DNA of 11,743 nucleotides from a candidate division WOR-3 bacterium (lineage in GTDB: Bacteria; Hydrothermota; UBA3072; B12-G15), in contig CBFGJG010000054.1 of assembly GCA_965649055.1 (NCBI GenBank), forward strand, positions 1 to 11,743, in the 5' to 3' direction. Of the stretch, positions 1 through 7,793 are shown in pieces; position 1 is the stretch's first letter; each line of letters starts with the position of its first letter. Below the pieces are notes generated by a model that did not search any database, was not told the origin of the DNA, and was given only the letters and a program-made list of their open reading frames with translations. The translations under genes and the position numbers were made by a program.

Positions 1-369
1 TTCAGCATATATTATATTCTGTTCATCATATAACTTAGAATTACAAATTGTAATTCTACCTTTTTCTTGAATAACCTTTCCATAAACCTTGAAATCCTTC
101 CCGCTCTGGACAGGTTTTCTAAATTTTACATTAATTTCATAAGTAACACAGATTTTTTTTAAAGAAAAAGCAGCATAGACTGCAATCTCATCAAGCAATG
201 CAGTTATTATTCCACCATGAATATTACCACTATATCCTTCATAATTCTTATCAAGATTAACTTTTGAGAATGCCTCTCCATCTTTATAATTTATTTCCAT
301 CTTTACACCAATAGGATTATTCTTCCCACACATAAAACATCTATCTGTTAACATTAATTTTTCATCCAT
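1..369 (-). CDS. PaaI-family (hotdog-fold) thioesterase, 3' end truncated by window edge
   Basis: Not in the ORF track; translated by hand from ATG at 369: MDEKLMLTDRCFMCGKNNPIGVKMEINY...YEGYSGNIHGGIITALLDEIAVYAA...VTYEINVKFRKPV...IYAE, open to base 1. Has the CFxCGxxNPxG and HGG-x5-LDE motifs of PaaI thioesterases. AAGGAGAG SD just upstream; overlaps the uvrC end by 8 bp. Confidence 0.9.
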   Translation of the reverse strand, partial: MDEKLMLTDRCFMCGKNNPIGVKMEINYKDGEAFSKVNLDKNYEGYSGNIHGGIITALLDEIAVYAAFSLKKICVTYEINVKFRKPVQSGKDFKVYGKVIQEKGRITICNSKLYDEQNIIYAE

Positions 370-2119
370 TTTTCTCTCCTTTTAAATAATCATGTATCTT
401 AAATGCTAATGATTTACTTATTCCTTCAACTTTTTCTATCTCTTCTATTGTAGCCTCTTCTATCTTCTTTTCAGAACCAAAATATCTAATTAATGCCTCT
501 TTCCTCTTTCTGCCTATACCCGGAATTTCATCAAGTCTTGAAAGACTTAATTTTCTTGAGCTCAGTTTTCTATGATACTGAATCGCGAATCTATGTGCTT
601 CATCCCTTACATTTTTAATTAATTTCAATGCGGGTGAACTTGGAGGAAGCGAAAGTATCCTACCATCCTGAAGATGTAATTCTTCGAATCTCTTAGCAAT
701 AGCAACTGCATAAATATCATCCTTTATATCCAACTCCTTAATCACATCAAGTGCAGTATTAAGCTGTCCTTTACCACCATCAATTATTACAATGTCCGGT
801 ATTTTTTCCTTTTCATTAATAATTTTATTGAGTCTTCTTCTTATTATCTCCTTTATCATACCATAATCATCAATACCTTTTATTGTCCTTATCCTGAATC
901 TTCTGTATTCACTTTTCTTTGGTTTCCCAAATTCAAATACCACACAGGAGCCAACTGCATCTTCCCCGAAAAGATTTGAAATATCAAATCCTTCAATCCT
1001 TACAGGTGGCCTTAAAAGACCAAGTAACCTCTGCAATTCAAACAGAGACTTCGGAATTGCCTTTTTAACCCTTAAAGAAGAAATTTCAACCTCTGCATTC
1101 TGTTTTGCAAGTTCCAGTAATCTCTGAATAGCATTTGATTCAGGGATTAAAATATCTATCCCTGTTATTTTCACGAGTTCTTCTTTATCTTCAGGAATCA
1201 CATCGGTATAAATTTTAGAAGGCTTATTTAAGACATTTCTATAGGTTGAAATGATAAATTTTCCAAAGACTTCTTTTATGTCACTTTTAAGTGGATTATT
1301 GAAGAAAAAATTATCCTTCCCATATATCCTTCCTTTTCTTATCCTGAAAACGGTAAACAGGACTGTTTTCTTGAAATCTGAATATCCAATTATATCTGCA
1401 TCTTCAAATCTCGAAAAATATACATCCTGTCCCTCTTTCATTTCTCTTAGAAAGTTCAGAACATCCCTCCATTTTGCTGCTTCTTCAAATCTTTCATTTT
1501 TTGAAGCCTCCCACATCTTAGATTCAACAGATTTTTCTACATTCTCTGTGTTTCCTTTTAAGAATTCTACGACAGCATCAACATAATATCTGTAATCTTC
1601 TTTTGAAATTTTATTAATGCATGGTCCTGAACATTTTCCTATATGAAAATTAAGACATTCTTTCTTTGGTAATCTGGGAGATTTACAATCTCTTAATGGA
1701 AAGATTCTGCTTATTATTCTTAAAGTTTTTCTAACCCCTTTGGCATCTGTATAAGGGCCAAAATAAAGACCATTTTCATCTACCTTCCTTGTAAATATAA
1801 CCCTCGGAAATTCCTCATTGGTTGTTAATTTTATAAAAGGGTATTTTTTGTCATCTTTAAGTCTGATATTGTATTTCGGTTTATGCTTCTTTATCAGAGT
1901 ATCTTCAAGTAACAGGGCATCTATTTCATTTTTTGTAATTATATAATCAATATCTTCGGTTTTTTTTAAAAATATAGATGTTTTTATATCCTCTGATTTA
2001 AAATGTGATTTTATCCTTTTATTTAAATCCTTTGCCTTCCCAATATATAAAGGATTTCTATTCTTGTCTAAGAAAATATAAACACCACAATGATGTGGTA
2101 TCGATTCAACATCCCTCAT
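362..2119 (-). CDS. uvrC: Excinuclease ABC subunit C
   Basis: N-terminal GIY-YIG (GVYIF...LYIGKAKDL..RI.SHF), four-Cys cluster (CKSP...CLNFHIGKCSGPC), UVR domain (ERFEEAAKWRD), RNase H-like domain (RIEGFDISN, DDY, IIDGGKGQL, RDEAHRFA) and C-terminal HhH (LDEIPGIGRKRK); 585 aa. Confidence 0.98.
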   Translation of the reverse strand: MRDVESIPHHCGVYIFLDKNRNPLYIGKAKDLNKRIKSHFKSEDIKTSIFLKKTEDIDYIITKNEIDALLLEDTLIKKHKPKYNIRLKDDKKYPFIKLTTNEEFPRVIFTRKVDENGLYFGPYTDAKGVRKTLRIISRIFPLRDCKSPRLPKKECLNFHIGKCSGPCINKISKEDYRYYVDAVVEFLKGNTENVEKSVESKMWEASKNERFEEAAKWRDVLNFLREMKEGQDVYFSRFEDADIIGYSDFKKTVLFTVFRIRKGRIYGKDNFFFNNPLKSDIKEVFGKFIISTYRNVLNKPSKIYTDVIPEDKEELVKITGIDILIPESNAIQRLLELAKQNAEVEISSLRVKKAIPKSLFELQRLLGLLRPPVRIEGFDISNLFGEDAVGSCVVFEFGKPKKSEYRRFRIRTIKGIDDYGMIKEIIRRRLNKIINEKEKIPDIVIIDGGKGQLNTALDVIKELDIKDDIYAVAIAKRFEELHLQDGRILSLPPSSPALKLIKNVRDEAHRFAIQYHRKLSSRKLSLSRLDEIPGIGRKRKEALIRYFGSEKKIEEATIEEIEKVEGISKSLAFKIHDYLKGEKNG

Positions 2120-3063
2120 ACTACCCTGTATACTGGTTCTTTCCCTTCAAGAACATTTATCAGATTCTTTACTGCTAATTTAGCCATCCTTTCCCTTGTC
2201 TTGAATGTAGCACTCCCAATATGTGGTGTTAGAACTACATTATCACAAATTAAAAGCTCTCGTGTAATACCTGGTTCAAACTCAAAAACATCAAGTGCAG
2301 CACCTGCAATCTCTTTATTTTTTACAGCCTCTGCGAGAGCCCATTCATCTATAAGTGCACCCCTACCCGTATTAACCAAAAATGCAGTTTTTTTCATTAA
2401 TTTAATCTCTTTTTCCCCAATAATATGATGAGTTTCTTTTGTTAAAGGTAGATGTAGAGAAATAAAATCAGATTCTTTTAAAATTTCTTCCTTTGTTACC
2501 TTTTTTGCACCCAATTTATTTAACTCTTCATTCTCCCTTTCGTCAAAATACAATACTCTTGCACCGAGTGATATAACTTTCTTAGCAAATTCTGTTCCTA
2601 TCCTCCCTGCCCCTATCACACCAACAGTTGATTCCTTCAGCTCATATCCAAGGAATAAAACTGAATCCCATCCAGTAAAATTACCCTCCCTAACATACCT
2701 ATCAGATACAACTATCTTCCTTATTGCTGCAAAAAGTATTGCAAGTGCAAGTTCTGCGGTAGCATTGGTCAATACGTCAGGTGTATTAGTTACGACTATT
2801 TTTTTTCTCTTAGCAAAATCTGTATCAATGTTATCAAACCCTGCTGCATAGTTTGATATAACTTTTAATTTTTTTGCTGCTGAAATTATCTCTTTATCTA
2901 TTTTATCCCTCAAAAGGCATATTATACCATCAGCATCAGAAATATAATTCAACAGTTCTTCTTTACTTGGTTTTTCTTTATTTTTATAGATTACTGTTTC
3001 ATATTTAATTGTTAATTCCTTTATCCATTCTTCGGGAAAAGGATATGTAACAAAAACTTTCAT
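2116..3063 (-). CDS. D-isomer-specific 2-hydroxyacid dehydrogenase (D-glycerate dehydrogenase / glyoxylate reductase-like)
   Basis: AGFDNID, NTPDVLTNATAELA, Rossmann GVIGAGRIG, catalytic Arg (NTGRG), Glu (DVFEFEP) and His (TPHIGSAT). AGGAGG SD at 3071-3076; ATGA overlap with uvrC. Confidence 0.93.
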   Translation of the reverse strand: MKVFVTYPFPEEWIKELTIKYETVIYKNKEKPSKEELLNYISDADGIICLLRDKIDKEIISAAKKLKVISNYAAGFDNIDTDFAKRKKIVVTNTPDVLTNATAELALAILFAAIRKIVVSDRYVREGNFTGWDSVLFLGYELKESTVGVIGAGRIGTEFAKKVISLGARVLYFDERENEELNKLGAKKVTKEEILKESDFISLHLPLTKETHHIIGEKEIKLMKKTAFLVNTGRGALIDEWALAEAVKNKEIAGAALDVFEFEPGITRELLICDNVVLTPHIGSATFKTRERMAKLAVKNLINVLEGKEPVYRVV

Positions 3064-3372
3064 TTATAATCCTCCTGTAAAAAGGAAAAATCCAATTACT
3101 ATACCAACACCATCAGCAATAAGGTCTTTGTAACTAAAAAAGGATTTCTTCTTAAGGTCATATAATTCTTTTGAAAGACCAAAAAGAGAAGTTAAAGATA
3201 CAGAAAAAACAATTGAACCTTCTCTATCATTATGTAGCTGACAATGGTATAAGTGATATGAAAGACCATATATTGACGCAGAATGAACAACATGTAAAAA
3301 TTTATCCCATCCAAGATAATTATCTCCATAACAGTATTGCGAATACGATATTAGGCTATAAACCAATATCAT
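3064..3372 (-). CDS. Small membrane protein, YfiM/DUF2279-like
   Basis: DKFLH...SKELYD...FFSYKDLIADGVG matches the DKxxH / KExxD / FSxxDxxAD pattern of YfiM-like proteins, with hydrophobic segments. ATG at 3372 is preferred over GTG at 3375 because it lies 6 nt from a GGAGG SD (3379-3383). Confidence 0.7.
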   Translation of the reverse strand: MILVYSLISYSQYCYGDNYLGWDKFLHVVHSASIYGLSYHLYHCQLHNDREGSIVFSVSLTSLFGLSKELYDLKKKSFFSYKDLIADGVGIVIGFFLFTGGL

Positions 3373-3904
3373 CACTAACCTCCCTCATACCTTCAAGGGA
3401 AATCCTTATGAATTCTTCAAGCGTAATACCGAGTTTTTCACATAATCTTATCTGTTCTCTATCTGCACCAGCGGCAAATCTTTTTTCATTAAACCTTCTC
3501 ATTATGAAATTAACATCAATATTGGCAAGTTTCTTTGTTGGATGCATAAGGCATGCAGCAACAATCAAACCTGACAAGGGATCTGCCGAATAAAGTGAGA
3601 TATCCATTTTTGATAAAGGCTCAGCATGTCCAGAATGTGATTTGACAGCATAAAGCATATCTTCTGTAAAACCGTTTTCCTCCAGTATTTCTAATGATAA
3701 CAAACCATGTTTTGATGAATCATCCTTTGTTAATTCATAGTCAATATCATGCAAAAGCCCTACTATCCTCCATTTTTCCACATCCTCATTAAAATATTCA
3801 GCAAGTTTCTTCATACAACCACTTACTGCGATAGAATGTTTAATCAGATTCTTATTATTTATATGTTTATTCAATAAATTTAATCCATCATTAAATGATA
3901 TCAT
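3356..3904 (-). CDS. HD/HDIG-domain metal-dependent phosphohydrolase
   Basis: Full ligand set H23, H52-D53 (GLLHDIDYE), H66, H90, D108 (ADPLSGLIVA), plus a KRFAAGADRE tail typical of this stand-alone subfamily. AAAGGAGG SD; ATGA overlap with the rhomboid gene. Confidence 0.9.
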   Translation of the reverse strand: MISFNDGLNLLNKHINNKNLIKHSIAVSGCMKKLAEYFNEDVEKWRIVGLLHDIDYELTKDDSSKHGLLSLEILEENGFTEDMLYAVKSHSGHAEPLSKMDISLYSADPLSGLIVAACLMHPTKKLANIDVNFIMRRFNEKRFAAGADREQIRLCEKLGITLEEFIRISLEGMREVSDDIGL

Positions 3905-5313
3905 AAATTTCCTCCTTTAAGATACGCTTTTGCCTGTTCCTCGTATTTTGGGAATCTTTTCTTAATTTCGTTAAAAACATATTCTGCCTGTTCTTTATTC
4001 CCTGACTCAACAAGTATTTTTATAAGCTTTATTAGTATGATTGGAGCATCTTCACTATCCTTGTATCTTCTATAAGTATCTATCAACAGTGTTTTTGCTT
4101 TCACAAAATCTTCTTTTTTTCTATAAACATCAACAATCTTGTATATATCTCCCAATGTTGTGTATCCAATCAAATTTTCAGTAATCAGATAATCATTAAA
4201 TATTTCAAGCATTAAATCATATCTCTTTTCTTTATTCAATAAATCCAATAACCTTCTAAAGTATCCCGCAGAAACACTAAAATTTCCCATTTCATAATAA
4301 ATCTTTGCAATTTCAAGAATAGCATCCAAATTATCAGGGTGTTCTTTAAGAAAATTTATGAGAAGTTCTATACCTTTCTCTTTATCACCGGATTGAATTT
4401 TCTCAATTCCTTCTCTGAAAACCTTATCAACAGAATCAATTGTTTCCTCCACTTTTGGTTCAATAATATTCTTCTCAATATTAGAAAATCTCAGAAAAAC
4501 TGCTAAAATTAGACCGAATAAAAAACCTCCAACATGAGCCCAGAATGCAACATGGGAATTTTCAATCATAATTGCATTAAAAAGTTGCTGCAAAAACCAC
4601 AACGGGAAAATAACACCTGCAATCACATTTAAAGTTGTAGCAATTGGTGGTAGAAACAGAAATAGTTTTATCTTGTTTTTAAAAAATCTAAAAGTGAATG
4701 CACCCATTACACCTGCTACTGCACCTGAGGCACCAATTAAAGGAACATCCGAGAAATTCAGGATCATATGAAATATATTTGCAACTATCCCGGATAGTAA
4801 ATAGAAAAAAAGAAAAAAAGGCCTTCCCCAGATATCTTCTATATTAATACCAACAAGAAAAAGAAACCACATATTACCTATTATATGCATCCAGCTACCG
4901 TGTATGAAGATGGATGTAATCATTGAAAAGAAATTAAATTTCTTTGGAATGAAGCCTAACTTTCTTACCAGCATTCCCTTTCTTATAGACTCGAAATTAT
5001 TATAAAGATTTTTCCAATGTTCATAATCCTGCTCATTTATATTAGGGTTTTCTTCTTTAAGCGAATTCCTGACATAATCGGTTATCTTTAAAACATTCTT
5101 CTCACCTGATATTTCCTCGAATTCATCCTGATACCTAAGATATATTGAATATTCTACTTTCCTCAGCTCAAAATCAAGTTCACTTAACTTTTTCCTTTCT
5201 GAATCTATTCTTCCATAAGTAATTAGAAATATAATAAAATTAATCACAATTAAAGATACTGTCAAAACAGGAATCCTTCTTATATAACTTTCAGACCATA
5301 ATGGAAATATCAT
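3901..5313 (-). CDS. Rhomboid intramembrane serine protease with C-terminal TPR-like helical domain
   Basis: FIHGSWMHIIGNMWFL, G..IED.WG, catalytic GASG (S196) and AHVGG (H260). About 190-aa hydrophilic helical-repeat tail (HPDNLDAILEIAKIYYEMGNF...). Confidence 0.93.
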   Translation of the reverse strand: MIFPLWSESYIRRIPVLTVSLIVINFIIFLITYGRIDSERKKLSELDFELRKVEYSIYLRYQDEFEEISGEKNVLKITDYVRNSLKEENPNINEQDYEHWKNLYNNFESIRKGMLVRKLGFIPKKFNFFSMITSIFIHGSWMHIIGNMWFLFLVGINIEDIWGRPFFLFFYLLSGIVANIFHMILNFSDVPLIGASGAVAGVMGAFTFRFFKNKIKLFLFLPPIATTLNVIAGVIFPLWFLQQLFNAIMIENSHVAFWAHVGGFLFGLILAVFLRFSNIEKNIIEPKVEETIDSVDKVFREGIEKIQSGDKEKGIELLINFLKEHPDNLDAILEIAKIYYEMGNFSVSAGYFRRLLDLLNKEKRYDLMLEIFNDYLITENLIGYTTLGDIYKIVDVYRKKEDFVKAKTLLIDTYRRYKDSEDAPIILIKLIKILVESGNKEQAEYVFNEIKKRFPKYEEQAKAYLKGGNL

Positions 5314-5320
5314 ATCTCAA

Positions 5321-6337
5321 TCAGTAAAATTCGGTAAGGTTTATCGCTAAATCTTTAACAGAAATAACATCTATAATTTTTATACCGAATTCTGACGGTT
5401 TGTATAACTCTATGTTTATATGAAAATAAGAACCGGGTTGAACAATATCCTCATTGAACTGATTTATATAAATTCCTTTTGAATAAGGGAGCAATGGTTT
5501 AGATATTGAACCATATATGAACTCCTTTAGCCCCATATTTTCAGCAATCTCTAAGTAATGTTCGTATATCTTTGAATAGATTCTACCAGGTTTTATGTAA
5601 TTTATTATTTCATTCTCAAGTTCTATTGCCCTATTAAGCATCTCTTTCAAATCATCCTGAACAAATGTCCTGCTTATTCCTATACCAATATTTTTTTTCA
5701 TTATACCATAATCTATGATTAATGGATATTCAATTTTAAAACCTTCAGTTACAGAATTCGGGTTTGAAGTCCTCTTACCTGAGATAACCCTTGTTGGATA
5801 AACCCTTTTTTCTGCACCATATTTATAAATTAAACTATCAATAAGATTCCTTATATCAATCTCTGTTTCTTTTGAAGAAAGTTCATTTTTTAAATCATTG
5901 TAAACTTTATTTGATATATCAATACATTCCTTCAAAACATCCACCTTATTTTTGTCAGGCAAAGTAAATTTTTTAATAAATGGATCAGGAACCCTTATTA
6001 TTTTTACACCCTCAATGTTCATTTTTTCAAATACACCTATCCTGTTTATCTTCTCTTCTTTTATTATTTCATTTAATTTCTTTGTTAGTTTATTCGAGCC
6101 CAGTAATAAATCATCGGTTACTATAATTTTAACCTGATTAATTTCTTTAAATTCTTCATAGGTGAATCTATCCAGAAATAAATATTCATTATTTTTTGTT
6201 ATAAGCAATAAAGGGAAAATCTCAAGGAGATTGTAGGATTTCTGAATATTAAAATATTCCAATATTTCATACTGGTCAATAATAATAATCCCGTCAAGGT
6301 CATAATCTTTTATAAGCCCACTAATCTCTTCTCTCAC
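5321..6337 (-). CDS. M24 (Xaa-Pro peptidase/creatinase) fold protein, probably catalytically inactive
   Basis: Creatinase-N-like start (YDLDGIII...LLLITK...YLFLDRF) and pita-bread landmarks (TEIDI, VISGKRT, IIDYG, ISRTF, IKPG, VQPG, GIKIID, NLT). Most metal ligands are substituted. GTG start overlaps the upstream TGA. Confidence 0.8.
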   Translation of the reverse strand: MREEISGLIKDYDLDGIIIIDQYEILEYFNIQKSYNLLEIFPLLLITKNNEYLFLDRFTYEEFKEINQVKIIVTDDLLLGSNKLTKKLNEIIKEEKINRIGVFEKMNIEGVKIIRVPDPFIKKFTLPDKNKVDVLKECIDISNKVYNDLKNELSSKETEIDIRNLIDSLIYKYGAEKRVYPTRVISGKRTSNPNSVTEGFKIEYPLIIDYGIMKKNIGIGISRTFVQDDLKEMLNRAIELENEIINYIKPGRIYSKIYEHYLEIAENMGLKEFIYGSISKPLLPYSKGIYINQFNEDIVQPGSYFHINIELYKPSEFGIKIIDVISVKDLAINLTEFY

Positions 6338-7026
6338 CTTCCCAATACCTGTCTTATACCTTTTAACATATTAATTCTGTTTTTGACCTCTTCTTTTATA
6401 CCTGGAGTTTCAACCATGTTTAAAATTTCATTATAAATTTCTTCTGCCTCTTCAAATCTGCCAAGCCCTTCATATATTCTACCAAGATTAAGCATACATT
6501 CAGATTTAAATGCCTTATTTTTATAATTCTCAACTGCTTTCTTATAATAATATATGGCTGAATCAGTCTGTCCAAGCTGTTCAAAACACTGACCAACACC
6601 TTCAAGGGAAGAAGCTATCAGATATTCATCTTTTGAAATCTTTGCAACCTTTTTAAATTCTTCTATTGCTTTATTTATCTCTCCAATCCTGTAATCGATG
6701 CTTGCCATGAAAAATAATGCCTTCTTCGCCGCATCAGTTCCATAATAGTCTGTCTGTAAAAGTTCAAAATTCTGATATGCATCTTTAATCTGATTCTGCA
6801 TATAAAGCACCATTGAAATGATAAGTTTCTCATTTGCATTTCTATTTGTAGTAATCCTGCTGTTTATAAAGAAAGCAGATACAATTGCTAAAAGTAGAAT
6901 TCCAGCAATCACATAAAAAAATATTTTTTTCTTTTCACCCATAACCAAAAGAGCATTTTTTATAAATTTTGAAAATGCATCTTCTTTTAATTCTTTTTTC
7001 CTTATCTTTCTTTTTTTTATCTTCAT
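6334..7026 (-). CDS. Single-pass membrane TPR protein, YfgM-like
   Basis: Basic N-terminus with KELKED, one TM helix (IFFYVIAGILLLAIVSAFFI), then TPR-like repeats (ALFFMASIDYRIG, SLEGVGQCFEQLG, MLNLGRIYEGLG). GGAGGA SD at 7032-7037. The YfgM assignment rests on architecture only. Confidence 0.8.
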   Translation of the reverse strand: MKIKKRKIRKKELKEDAFSKFIKNALLVMGEKKKIFFYVIAGILLLAIVSAFFINSRITTNRNANEKLIISMVLYMQNQIKDAYQNFELLQTDYYGTDAAKKALFFMASIDYRIGEINKAIEEFKKVAKISKDEYLIASSLEGVGQCFEQLGQTDSAIYYYKKAVENYKNKAFKSECMLNLGRIYEGLGRFEEAEEIYNEILNMVETPGIKEEVKNRINMLKGIRQVLGR

Positions 7027-7031
7027 ATTAA

Positions 7032-7037
7032 TCCTCC
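7032..7037 (-). promoter_or_regulatory. Shine-Dalgarno site GGAGGA of the TPR gene
   Basis: tcctcc on +, 5 nt upstream of the ATG at 7026. Confidence 0.8.
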
Positions 7038-7045
7038 ATTGAGAA

Positions 7046-7118
7046 CGCCCCTGGCAAGACTCGAACTTGCGACACCCGGTTTAGGAAACCGGTACTCTAT
7101 CCACTGAGCTACAGGGGC
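7046..7118 (-). tRNA. tRNA-Arg (anticodon CCT), CCA not encoded
   Basis: GCCCCTGTAGCTCAGTGGATAGAGTACCGGTTTCCTAAACCGGGTGTCGCAAGTTCGAGTCTTGCCAGGGGCG. Acceptor GCCCCTG/CAGGGGC, D-arm GCTC/GAGT with A20, anticodon stem CCGGT/ACCGG with loop TTCCTAA (CCT at 7083-7085), T-arm GCAAG-TTCGAGT-CTTGC, discriminator G. Confidence 0.98.
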
Positions 7119-7128
7119 ATTCTTCGTT

Positions 7129-7156
7129 ATTTTAATTCTTTTTTATTAATAGTCAA
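7129..7156 (-). promoter_or_regulatory. Putative sigma70-type promoter of the tRNA-led operon
   Basis: TTGACT (7156-7151), 16 bp, TAAAAT (7134-7129); predicted start near 7122-7123, a few nt before the tRNA. Confidence 0.6.
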
Positions 7157-7793
7157 TAGATTTTTTATATCTTTTGAGTGAGAGGCAGTCAAGCAGATTG
7201 AATACATAAATACCTGTTGTAGTATAAGTGAAAAAAAAGGTTGATTTATAAGCAAGATTATAATATCCATACCATTTATCTATCTCATTCTGTTCCCTTT
7301 GTGAATGATATACCATGTGAAGAATTTCTTTTGATATAAATGATAATAATAGCATACCTGTTGATGTAAATGATGAATACTTCATTATATTACCTTTTAT
7401 CCTGGATTCCAATTTATACTGATATGAACCCGGGATTAAAATACCATACCATAATGGGGGTAATCTTTTTTCTCGCAAATTTTTCATAATTTGTTCATAC
7501 TCCGCTTTTGCTTTTAAAAAAACATTATAAATCTTTGGAGATACAAATTCCGGATTTAATGTATAATCATATTTTTTCAGCAATAAATTAACAAATTCAT
7601 CCTTTGCCCTCAAAGTATCACCAACCGCAACAAGAGAAAAGGAAAGATATGTTCTTATATCAATCTCATCATCTAAATTAAAAGTATCTACTGAAAGCAA
7701 TGATTCTGCAATCATTATTACATCATAATAATTTGCCTGGTCATAATTTATAAGCAATTCTTCCATGGTTAAAGATAAAAATATAATTATCAT
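7146..7793 (-). CDS. Hypothetical envelope protein with TPR-like N-terminal region and hydrophobic C-terminal domain
   Basis: Short hydrophobic N-terminus, TPR-like helices ending AKDEFVNLL...YTLNPEFVSPKIYNVF, then GILIPGSYQY (resembling the S-x-x-x-PG-x-GQ-x-Y motif of DUF5683-like domains) followed by hydrophobic segments. ATGA-coupled to the kinase. Confidence 0.7.
   Translation of the reverse strand: MIIIFLSLTMEELLINYDQANYYDVIMIAESLLSVDTFNLDDEIDIRTYLSFSLVAVGDTLRAKDEFVNLLLKKYDYTLNPEFVSPKIYNVFLKAKAEYEQIMKNLREKRLPPLWYGILIPGSYQYKLESRIKGNIMKYSSFTSTGMLLLSFISKEILHMVYHSQREQNEIDKWYGYYNLAYKSTFFFTYTTTGIYVFNLLDCLSLKRYKKSIDY

Noticed and set aside
1251..1586. 111-aa plus-strand ORF
   Set aside because: Antisense shadow inside uvrC; Ser/Phe-rich, no recognisable motif.
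2090..2428. 112-aa plus-strand ORF
   Set aside because: Antisense to the well-supported dehydrogenase and uvrC genes; no motif.
3171..3593. 140-aa plus-strand ORF
   Set aside because: Antisense across the YfiM-like and HD genes, which have family motifs and SD sites.
5952..6137. 61-aa plus-strand ORF
   Set aside because: Antisense shadow of the M24-fold gene; its hydrophobicity mirrors Lys/Glu codons on the coding strand.
6420..6605. 61-aa minus-strand alternative-frame ORF
   Set aside because: Nested out of frame within the TPR gene, with no independent evidence.
7046..7118. tRNA-Arg as an integration site or island boundary
   Set aside because: No integrase, no duplicated tRNA 3' end seen in the window, no obvious compositional shift, and the flanking genes are tightly packed.
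7164..7192. Second tRNA promoter TTGACT-17-TATAAA
   Set aside because: Lacks the conserved final T of the -10 box and lies inside coding sequence; plausible but indistinguishable from chance.
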